The notes under the pieces: generated by a model | Databases searched by the model: none | Seen by the model: the letters and a program-made list of their open reading frames with translations, nothing else | Told to the model about the DNA's origin: nothing | Shown here: positions 48,468 through 56,323 of the stretch, one piece after another | Layout: every line of letters starts with the position of its first letter | Position numbering within the stretch: the first letter of the stretch is position 1 | Position numbers and translations under genes: made by a program | Sequence record: SRR31156797_94 | DNA: 56,323 nt | Reading direction: 5' to 3' (one strand)

Positions 48468-49874
48468 TTATTCTGTTAAACTTTTAATATTTCCTGATGC
48501 TTTTAGCATGCGTACCTCAGCAGTTTTGCATTTTAGCAGTTGTTGATTGTAGCTATTATCAGCTTGCAGAAAATCATTATTTACGTTTAGCAAGTCAGCT
48601 AAAGAAGCCATTCCTTCTTCATATTGCATTAATGTTTGATTATACACTTTCTGTGCTAAGTCTCGGTTGTCTTTTTGCACAAGAAGAAGAGATGCTGCTG
48701 TTTGATAATCAGAAACAGCGCTTGAATATTCAATACTCAATAGTTGCTTATTCTTTTCGATATCTTCTTGCAATTGGGCACGTTGTAATTTCTTTTGCTT
48801 GACTTTTGCATAATTGCTTCCGGAAGTAAAAATTGGAATAGATAAATTCAATCCAATGGTATTCATATTTCTAAAATTCTCAGGACTTGCTTCTGTTCTA
48901 TATGAGGAGTAGTCAAGTTGAGCAAAAGCAGCCAATGTTGGAAAGTATTCAGCTTGGGCAGATTTTACCTGACCAGCAAATAACTCATCCTGCATCATTA
49001 AGGCTTTGTATGCCGATACATTTCCTAAATCAAAACCTGTTTCTTTGCGTAGTTTAAATGCATTAACAATAGATGCCGTATCGATAGTAATAGCAGCATC
49101 AGCTTCCATACCAGCCAGTGCTCTCAAGTAATTCTTTTGAATGCCAATGGCGTTTTCAACCGTTTTTAGACTGCTCTCTAAATTGATCATGGAAACTTTT
49201 ACCCGATTCATTTCAGTTTCGGTTACCATATCATTTTGATAAGAAAGTTCAACAACTCTAAATAGGTTTTCAAGATTCTCTTTTGATTTTTTTAATGTTT
49301 CAAATTGCATCATTAAAGAACCTACCTGAAAATAATTTGAAGCTACTTCGGAAATTAATTCTTCGTCGCTTTGTTGTTTTAAGATGTCGTATAATTGTTT
49401 TGTTTTTTTAGTCAAATCCAAACCAACCCATAATGCTCGACTATAAATTACCTGGGTAATTTGTACGCCTAATGATGTAGTGTACAAGTTATCAAGTCCA
49501 CCTAACATCTGTTTTACTGCCGGAGCCTGGTCTTCAGGAAGCATTGCTGCAATACCAGCCAATTCCGAAAGATCGCCCAATCCCATTTTTGTATAACTAC
49601 CGGAACCTTCTATTTGCGGTAATGCCTGACCTAATGTTTCTCGGTATTTGTAATGTGCTTCATCTTGTTGTAATGCAGCTTTCTTAATATCATGACTGTG
49701 CTCCAGTGCATAATTAATGAGATCTTGTAAACTCTGTTGAGCATTAGAGGAGGCTCCCATAAAAAATAAAAACAGGAAAAATAAAATGGCATGCTTAAGC
49801 AATTTAAAAGTTGTGCCACTGTTATTCCTGTTAAATTTAATGTTGGAAGAATAATCTTTACTTAATTTCTCCAT
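48468..49874 (-). CDS. TolC family outer-membrane efflux protein
   Basis: Start taken at ATG 49874 (uncertain); signal ending SNAQ; SLQDLINYALEH, YFPTL, LSIPIF, YEEG motifs. Confidence 0.88.
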   Translation of the reverse strand: MEKLSKDYSSNIKFNRNNSGTTFKLLKHAILFFLFLFFMGASSNAQQSLQDLINYALEHSHDIKKAALQQDEAHYKYRETLGQALPQIEGSGSYTKMGLGDLSELAGIAAMLPEDQAPAVKQMLGGLDNLYTTSLGVQITQVIYSRALWVGLDLTKKTKQLYDILKQQSDEELISEVASNYFQVGSLMMQFETLKKSKENLENLFRVVELSYQNDMVTETEMNRVKVSMINLESSLKTVENAIGIQKNYLRALAGMEADAAITIDTASIVNAFKLRKETGFDLGNVSAYKALMMQDELFAGQVKSAQAEYFPTLAAFAQLDYSSYRTEASPENFRNMNTIGLNLSIPIFTSGSNYAKVKQKKLQRAQLQEDIEKNKQLLSIEYSSAVSDYQTAASLLLVQKDNRDLAQKVYNQTLMQYEEGMASLADLLNVNNDFLQADNSYNQQLLKCKTAEVRMLKASGNIKSLTE

Positions 49875-50029
49875 TGTGTCTTCCTGTTTTTGAATTTGAT
49901 TATTTATTATCGAATACAAAAATGAAAGAAGTGGAGCGTATTATTTATAAAAGTTAAGTCAGGCAGTCAAAATAGGAGGGGAAGCATTGAATATGAAAGG
50001 TGAACGAAATCGGCAATTGATAATCGTAT

Positions 50030-50956
50030 TTACTTCAACAAAACAATACCTAAGCCCATGTAAAAGCGTTGGTGAACATTTACATCTACTTCCGTTTTTA
50101 ACTGATTGTCCTGAAATAGCAGACGGTTTCCAACGGTAATACCAGCATTGGCGTTAAAATAAAAATCACCCCATATTTTCTTTTGAAATTCCGGACCTAT
50201 AGAAACTCCTGCCTCAGAAATACGATTCATTTCTAATTGAGGTGAATAATTAGATCGCATCAAAGTATTACTTATATTCCCACTTACAGCTATGTTCATA
50301 CCAACTGTTGTTTTGGTGCTTAGATCATAAGAATAGTTAATGTGGGATGGTAATATCATTTGTAGAATATGCTTGTTACTCTTGTAGGTGAGTTGAAACA
50401 AAGGGCTAATAAATGGACCTTCAGTGATAGAAACATATGAACTATAGCTTAAACCAAAACCATATTGTACTTTCTCATTCGTCCTTTTTTGAGCTAGCAT
50501 AGATACGTTATACGTAAAGTCATCGGAATGTAATTTCTCTTTAAAGTCGGAAGAAATTTTTGGAATAAAGTTCGTGGAAAGAAGCCAGTTATTAGGGAGA
50601 ACTTTTATTAAACCAATATTAAAGTTTACAGTGTAAAACTTGTGTGAATCATTGGATAAATAGTTTATATCCGAAGAATATTTACTGTAAGAATAGGCTA
50701 TACTATTGTACAAATAGGTTTTCTTTTTCTTTAAAGGTACAGCGAGTTGAAATGCGGTATTATATTCATCCACTTTGTAATGAGGATTCATATTTTTCAC
50801 ATCGACTTTAGCGCTTGAGTATGTTCTGTAATTCATATTAAACACAGGAAATTTAACCAGACGGCTATATGAATTTTATTCATTTGTCTGTCCAGAGATT
50901 ATTATGCTATTAAAAACAAGACAAATGAATATCGTTATAAGCTTGTATGAACTCAT
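50030..50956 (-). pseudogene. DUF6268-like outer-membrane beta-barrel gene interrupted by an in-frame TAA at codon 27
   Basis: ATG 50956 gives MSSYKLITIFICLVFNSIIISGQTNE* then continues in the same frame NSYSRLVKFPVFNMNYR into the 50030-50845 ORF; alternating beta-strands, PKISSDF motif. Confidence 0.65.
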
Positions 50957-51011
50957 ATTACGTAGTAATTACTTTTTTTATTGAATAATGATTGAAAAAG
51001 AGAAGTCAGGT

Positions 51012-51773
51012 TTACTGTTCCATCCAGTTAAGAAATTGGGTTCTCTTGGCCTTGCTTACTAATATTTTTTCGTGATAAGGAACAGATATATTAATCGATA
51101 ACTTTCCTGAAAAATAATGAGATATATCCACAACGGCTTTTCTATTTAAAATACATTGTCGGTTTACCCGATAAAAGTTATCTCCTGCTATCTTACTTAA
51201 TTCATCAAGAGTCTTGCTTAGGTTATACTTATGTCCATCCAACGTAATAAGCGAAACAATTTCAGCATCAATATAGAACAAGGCAACATTGTCTAGTTTA
51301 ATAGGAAGTATTTTATCTTTATAATGAACTAAAAGAGAACTGGTATTAGTGCTTTCCTTTTTATGAAGTAAAGCATTGATAATATCATCATAATTTTGCT
51401 CACCCTTAGAAAACACTTTCTTTAAGTCCTTGTATTTTTCAATAGCTTCCGATACTTCATCTGAGCTGAAAGGTTTAAGGATATAATCTATACTATTGGT
51501 TTTAAAAGCTTCGAGAGCGTACTCATCAAAAGCAGTACAAAAAATAACTGGTACATTAATGCTTACCTGTTTAAATATATCGAAACTCAATCCATCTCCT
51601 AATTGAATATCACTAAAAATAAGATCAGGCATGGTTTCATTTTCAAAATAATTTACGGCAGCTTTAACCGAGCTTAATATAGCTATGATATTACTGTCCG
51701 GAGCTACCGATTGTATGGTTTGCGCCAAATCAGCCGCTGTTATCTTCTCATCTTCAATAATGGCAATATTCAT
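51012..51773 (-). CDS. LytTR family two-component response regulator
   Basis: IIEDE, DLIFSDIQLGDG, FCTAFDEYA, DYILKP REC domain; FYRVNRQ LytTR domain. Confidence 0.95.
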   Translation of the reverse strand: MNIAIIEDEKITAADLAQTIQSVAPDSNIIAILSSVKAAVNYFENETMPDLIFSDIQLGDGLSFDIFKQVSINVPVIFCTAFDEYALEAFKTNSIDYILKPFSSDEVSEAIEKYKDLKKVFSKGEQNYDDIINALLHKKESTNTSSLLVHYKDKILPIKLDNVALFYIDAEIVSLITLDGHKYNLSKTLDELSKIAGDNFYRVNRQCILNRKAVVDISHYFSGKLSINISVPYHEKILVSKAKRTQFLNWMEQ

Positions 51774-51774
51774 A

Positions 51775-52827
51775 CTAGTTATTTGTTGTATCTATTATTT
51801 TATGATTCAATAGTTTAATGGAAATAGAAAAGGTTTGTTCATCTTCTTCAATTTTTAACTCATCGCCGGAAAGGAGTTGATATCGTTCAGATAGATTACT
51901 TAAGCCAACGCCAGTAGATTCTGGAGATCTGCTTTTTAAACGTAAAGTATTGGACACTTTAATCCAATCATCAATTTGTTCAATCGTTATAATTAAAGGT
52001 TGTTCGTCGGTTAATTCATTGTGCTTAATGGCATTTTCAATTAACGGTTGTATTGAAAATGATGGTATGTATTTTCTACTTAAAGTTTCTTCAGAAAGTT
52101 GAATAGAAAATTGTAAAGCGTCACCAAATCGAATTTTTTGCATGTCAATATAGTTCTCGCACAGTTTAATTTCTTCACTTACTTTAGTGACTTTAATATT
52201 ATTATTGGATAAGGATGCCCGCAAAAAATTAGACAAGTGCATGAGGTATTTTTCTCCTTCGTTGACATTTGTTTTATAAAGCGATTTTAAAATATTTAAA
52301 GCATTAAATAAAAAATGGGGTTGAATTTGTTGTTTTAATAACTGATTGGCGGTTTCAAAATTGACTGCTTTTAGTTTTGAAACTTCCATCTCGGTGTGGT
52401 ATTGTGCATCTTGTATAATAACGTAATGATGCAAAACCAAAACAAAAGTATTTATAATGATGCCGATAATGCCCAATAAAATAAGAGTAACATATGTTGT
52501 TTCGCGTATATCTGTTTTAAACAATCTGGAAATGACGATCATACTCATTGTAAACAAAACAGATAAGCCATAACTAATGCATAAATAAATGATTCTTATA
52601 TAAGTGGAGTTGGTGCTCTTATATTTGTTAAATGCGACGTATAATGCCAGGTTTGCAAAGGAAATGGACATGAATATGTAAAAAATAAAAAACAAGTTTA
52701 AAAAAGATGCATCAATCTTATTTTCCCCTTTTCTAAGTACTTCGGCAACAAAAAAGAATAATAATGTATTAATGCATAACCAAAGGTTTAGTTTTACAAG
52801 CTTTCTGATGGGTAGTTTTCTCTTCAT
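51775..52827 (-). CDS. LytS/YehU-type membrane sensor histidine kinase
   Basis: 4 TMs; LKQQIQPHFLFNALN H-box; QPLIENAIKHN; STGVGLSN. Confidence 0.92.
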   Translation of the reverse strand: MKRKLPIRKLVKLNLWLCINTLLFFFVAEVLRKGENKIDASFLNLFFIFYIFMSISFANLALYVAFNKYKSTNSTYIRIIYLCISYGLSVLFTMSMIVISRLFKTDIRETTYVTLILLGIIGIIINTFVLVLHHYVIIQDAQYHTEMEVSKLKAVNFETANQLLKQQIQPHFLFNALNILKSLYKTNVNEGEKYLMHLSNFLRASLSNNNIKVTKVSEEIKLCENYIDMQKIRFGDALQFSIQLSEETLSRKYIPSFSIQPLIENAIKHNELTDEQPLIITIEQIDDWIKVSNTLRLKSRSPESTGVGLSNLSERYQLLSGDELKIEEDEQTFSISIKLLNHKIIDTTNN

Positions 52828-53111
52828 AAAGAATAAAAATAGTATGGTTAAAAATAGGTTTTCTTTTTTAAAGGATCAACCGGAACTATTGTTCTGTGAG
52901 CTATTCAAATTAACCTTTGAAAGATGTTAGAGTTTGAAAGATTAGGACTGGGGTCTGAAAAATATCGGATATAATATAAGGAATATTGATGTTGTTCAGG
53001 TAGATAGAGATCTTTTTATAAAAAGAAAAGTAAGCCTCTGGTGAAACATTTTTAATTAAGATAAAATAGTCTTAATAATTTTGTACATTTAATAGTTGAA
53101 TTTAATTCTTA

Positions 53112-55010
53112 ATGCAAGACAATAAATATTGTATGCCAGGGGAGCAAAACATTTATCGTGAAATATTTGAGAAAAGTGCAGTTGCGAAAGTTTTACTTGA
53201 TGAAAATGCAAATGTAATATTGGTTAATAAGGCCTTATGTATACTTACGGGTTATAAAGAAGAGGAACTTTTGGGTACTTGCTGGTTTGATAAATTGCCA
53301 GCGGAAGAATATGAAAGAGTTAGGGATTATAACAAAAGAAGGTTATTGGGAGACATTACTGTACCTGACAAATATGAGTCGAAATATATCACAAAAGAAC
53401 AAGAAATAAGAACTGCTCTTTTTACTGTATCCCTTATTGATTCTAATAGGAAAACTGTAATTACATTTCTTGATACTGAAGAAAAAAAGAAAACAGAAGA
53501 AAAACTTAGAATTAGCGAAGAGAGATTCCGGAGTATAGTTGAGTATGCGAATGACCTTGTATATACTTTATCTAAAGAAGGTATTTTTACCTATGTATCT
53601 CCAAACTGGCAAGCTGTATTAGGGTATAAAGTAAATGAGGTACTAGGTGCTTCATTCGAAACATTGGTTCATCCCGATGATATTGAGCGCTTAAAGAAGA
53701 TTGTAGCGGATAGTTACCAAAATAACAAAAAGTATACAGGTGTTGAATATAGAGTGAAGTTAAAAAATGGTAGCTGGAGATGGCACGTGAGTAATACTTC
53801 GACTGTAATTAATGATGGAGAAGTATCTGCTATGATTGGAATAGCCAGAGATATAACGGACCAAAAACATGCAGAACAGGAGGTGCGAGATAATCAAATT
53901 AAGTTGAATTTAGCATTAAAAATTGCTCGTTTAGGTTCCTGGGAGCTTAATCTGGAAGAAAACTTATTCCATTTCAACGATACATTTTATTCAATATTTA
54001 AAACCAGTACCGAAGAGGTTGGAACAAATATAATGTCCCCACAAGAGTATGCCAACAGGTTTGTGCATCCGGAAGATAGATATCTTGTTTTTCAGGAGGC
54101 GAATACTGCATTTCACGCGCAAAATCCAAATTATACTTGTCATATAGAACACCGAATGCTTTATGCCAATGGAGAGACAGGTTATATTGCTGTGCGATTT
54201 GGCATTTTGAAAGATTGTGACGGAAAAACAGTTAAACTTTATGGGATTAATCAGGATATAACTGCAATTAGAGAAGCAGCAAATAAGTTGCGGGATAGCG
54301 AGGCTCGATTGCAGGAGTTAAATCAAATGAAGGATAAATTCTTTTCAATTATTGCCCATGATTTAAAAAATCCATTTTCAACGATAGTTGGTTTTAGTGA
54401 ATTGCTTTTGACAAAGGCAAAAGAAACGAACGACAAAAATGTGGAAAAGTATGCCAATTACGTTTTACAGGCATCTGAAAATGCAATGGGTTTATTAACC
54501 AATTTATTGGAATGGACCCGGAATGAATCGGGGCATATGGAATTTGAACCGGAAAATATCGAATTACTTTCTGTTGTTAATGCTAACCTGGAACTTTTAA
54601 AGCCAGCTGCCGCTCAAAAGAATGTCGACTTAGAGGTGAATATTCCATCAGATGTGATGGTGTTTGCAGATCAGTCTATGCTTAATACTATATTTAGAAA
54701 TCTCTTAACAAATGCTTTAAAATTTACCTATGCAGAGGGTAAAATAACAGTTTCCGCAAAAGAGAAAGCAGGTGAAATCGTTATATGTGTAGCAGATTCT
54801 GGAAAAGGAATGAGTGCAGCAGTCATTAATCGATTGTTTCTATTTAAAGAAAAAGTTTCTTCCAAAGGAACGAATAATGAAGAAGGAACAGGTTTAGGCT
54901 TGGTTCTTTGTAAGGAATTTGTTGAAAAGCATGCAGGTAAGATATGGGTAAACAGTGAAGTAGGTAAAGGTTCGCAATTTTATTTTTCTCTGCCGAAAAA
55001 GAGAGATTAA
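53112..55010 (+). CDS. Cytoplasmic multi-PAS sensor histidine kinase
   Basis: Three PAS/PAC domains; FSIIAHDLKNP H-box; RNLLTNALKF, DSGKG, GTGLGL, GKGSQF; no TM. Confidence 0.93.
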   Translation: MQDNKYCMPGEQNIYREIFEKSAVAKVLLDENANVILVNKALCILTGYKEEELLGTCWFDKLPAEEYERVRDYNKRRLLGDITVPDKYESKYITKEQEIRTALFTVSLIDSNRKTVITFLDTEEKKKTEEKLRISEERFRSIVEYANDLVYTLSKEGIFTYVSPNWQAVLGYKVNEVLGASFETLVHPDDIERLKKIVADSYQNNKKYTGVEYRVKLKNGSWRWHVSNTSTVINDGEVSAMIGIARDITDQKHAEQEVRDNQIKLNLALKIARLGSWELNLEENLFHFNDTFYSIFKTSTEEVGTNIMSPQEYANRFVHPEDRYLVFQEANTAFHAQNPNYTCHIEHRMLYANGETGYIAVRFGILKDCDGKTVKLYGINQDITAIREAANKLRDSEARLQELNQMKDKFFSIIAHDLKNPFSTIVGFSELLLTKAKETNDKNVEKYANYVLQASENAMGLLTNLLEWTRNESGHMEFEPENIELLSVVNANLELLKPAAAQKNVDLEVNIPSDVMVFADQSMLNTIFRNLLTNALKFTYAEGKITVSAKEKAGEIVICVADSGKGMSAAVINRLFLFKEKVSSKGTNNEEGTGLGLVLCKEFVEKHAGKIWVNSEVGKGSQFYFSLPKKRD

Positions 55011-55038
55011 ATAAATTAGTGCATTAATAATTTTACGT

Positions 55039-55935
55039 TTAATTTTTTCTTCGGTACTCACTGGGCGACATACCTAAACTCTTTTTAAACATTCGCGTGA
55101 AGTGTTGTGGATGTTTAAATCCTAATTCGTAAGCTATCTCACTTATAGATTTCTCAGAGTCGAATATCTTCTCTTTCGCAATATCAATCATCTTTAACTG
55201 AATATGTTCCTGTGCTGATTTACCGGTTTCTTTTTTTAATAAATCGCCTAGATAATTCGCTGAAATGAAAAGTTTGTCAGCACAATATTTCACTGATGGT
55301 AAACCTGAAAGTAGAGGCTGCTCTGATGCAAAATACTCTTTCAACACTTTCTCAAAGCGACCTAAAACATCTTTATTTACATGGCTACGTGTAACAAATT
55401 GTCGTTCATAATACCTTTTCGAATAATTTAAGAATAACTCAATATAAGAGACAATTAAAGTTTTGCTATGGGTATCAATAGCATGTTCTAATTCATAACG
55501 GATATTGTTAAAACACTCATTTATTACGCTCCTTTCTCGGGCTGATAAATGCAAGGCTTCATTAACCTCATAGGAGAAGAAAGTATAATTATCAATGTGT
55601 TTACCTAAGGAGGTACCATGAATCAAATCGGGATGAAAAACTAAAGCGGTACCTGCTGCCTGACGCTTTTCTCCCTGACTATCTATACCATAAACCTGAC
55701 CAGGAGATATAAAAATGAGTGTACCTTCTTCGTAATCGTAATTATTAATGCCGTAGGTAATATTACCGCATTTTATATCCTTTAAAAAGATGGCATATAC
55801 GTTGATCTGCGTTTTTTTAAACTCAAAACGCTCAACCTTAGAAAAATCAATAACACTAATTAATGGATGAAGCGTTTCTTGTCCAATCATATTATTGTAT
55901 TCCGTTACACTGTCTACTTTAATTATCTCGCTCAT
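55039..55935 (-). CDS. AraC family transcriptional regulator
   Basis: HPLISVIDF, YDYEEGTLIF N-domain; NYLGDLLKKETG and SEIAYELGFKHPQHFTRMFKK HTH. Confidence 0.95.
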   Translation of the reverse strand: MSEIIKVDSVTEYNNMIGQETLHPLISVIDFSKVERFEFKKTQINVYAIFLKDIKCGNITYGINNYDYEEGTLIFISPGQVYGIDSQGEKRQAAGTALVFHPDLIHGTSLGKHIDNYTFFSYEVNEALHLSARERSVINECFNNIRYELEHAIDTHSKTLIVSYIELFLNYSKRYYERQFVTRSHVNKDVLGRFEKVLKEYFASEQPLLSGLPSVKYCADKLFISANYLGDLLKKETGKSAQEHIQLKMIDIAKEKIFDSEKSISEIAYELGFKHPQHFTRMFKKSLGMSPSEYRRKN

Positions 55936-55959
55936 AAGGTGTTTAATTCTTTAATAATA

Positions 55960-55967
55960 CAAATTTA
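55960..55967 (-). promoter_or_regulatory. -7 box (TAAATTTG) for the AraC gene
   Basis: TAnnTTTG on the minus strand 25 nt upstream of the ATG. Confidence 0.6.
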
Positions 55968-56009
55968 AGGAACAAATCACTAGGTTGTTACTTTCATTAA
56001 GCACATTCA

Positions 56010-56131
56010 GTAATTTAGGTATGTATTTCTGTAATTAGGGTAAATAGGGGGTGCTTTACAGTAATAAACCACTAATTATTAGATAATAAATCACCTTCCG
56101 TAATATGGGTAACTACTACCGTAATTCTGGT
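56010..56131 (+). promoter_or_regulatory. Four GTAAT-N3-GGT direct repeats in two 21-bp-spaced pairs (candidate AraC operators)
   Basis: Repeats start at 56010, 56031, 56100 and 56121. Confidence 0.65.
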
Positions 56132-56195
56132 CATTTAATTCGTATACGATCCTTCATCTTTGTAATTATTAAATGAGTTAAAAAAAAGGGAAAAC

Positions 56196-56315
56196 ATGCA
56201 ATTAATAGAAAATAAAGAATTTGGAGGAGAGAGGCCTCTATTTGCAAAGAATAATATACAACTGAATAAGGTAGAGTTTGGAGAAGGGGAATCTGCCCAT
56301 AGCCGTCAGGCTTAA
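56196..56315 (+). pseudogene. Truncated DUF3737-like gene (first 34 codons)
   Basis: MQLIENKEFGGERPLFAKNNIQLNKVEFGEGESA matches the DUF3737 N-terminus as I recall it (GERPLF...GESALKE), then switches to HSRQA* at 56298. Confidence 0.6.
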
Positions 56316-56323
56316 GTGTTGTA
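56298..56323. mobile_element. Probable terminal inverted repeat of an IS4-family (IS231-like) element at the window end
   Basis: CATAGCCGTCAGGCTTAAG resembles CAT-starting IS231/IS4-type ends (CATGCCCATCAACTTAAG); starts exactly where homology to the gene breaks; only 26 nt visible. Confidence 0.45.

Noticed and set aside
1563..49819. About 30 short ORF-track entries overlapping larger genes (e.g. 1563-1853, 15230-15517, 25958-26341, 31362-31754, 37366-37704, 48497-48802)
   Set aside because: Antisense or alternate-frame shadows of well-supported genes with no recognisable motifs
49920..50029. LytTR operator upstream of tolC (GGCAGTCAA / AGCATTGAA, 21 bp apart)
   Set aside because: Too degenerate to distinguish from chance
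1..56323. CRISPR array, tRNA/rRNA, prophage, integrase, anti-phage defence or retron/RT genes
   Set aside because: No regularly spaced repeat-spacer array, RNA-gene signature or such protein motif seen; intergenic gaps are short and mostly explained

Overview
AT-rich Bacteroidota chromosomal window (TAnnTTTG -7 promoter boxes, Bacteroidota-type gene content; a marine Marinilabiliales-like host is plausible but only inferred). 1-17 kb is mostly housekeeping: partial prfC, PHP phosphatase, GNAT, M23 peptidase, Gpx, threonine aldolase, thioesterase, ndk, nrnA, two FKBP lipoproteins, an M19-like amidohydrolase, an orphan trpB, a His-tailed CDF, and a SAM-I riboswitch-controlled stand-alone aspartate kinase with a long structured leader. 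17.5-43.7 kb is a ~26 kb Wzx/Wzy capsule/EPS locus: wza, wzc, wzx, wzy, 3 GT4s, fnlABC for UDP-L-FucNAc, and a WcfS/WcfR-like pair plus PglF/CapD-like dehydratase suggesting an amino-sugar (AATGal-type) initiating residue. It carries an unusually large set of putative tailoring/remodelling genes: two paralogous PL9-like beta-helix enzymes, a CE4 deacetylase, a FemAB/GNAT-like protein, a Cys-rich unknown protein and two beta-propeller proteins. 44-56 kb holds a LytS/LytTR + outer-membrane barrel (with an in-frame nonsense codon) + TolC/MFP/RND module, a cytoplasmic PAS histidine kinase, and an AraC regulator with 21-bp-spaced operator repeats. The window ends in a DUF3737-like gene cut off by what looks like an IS4-family terminal repeat. 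All family calls are by motif recognition, without database searches.
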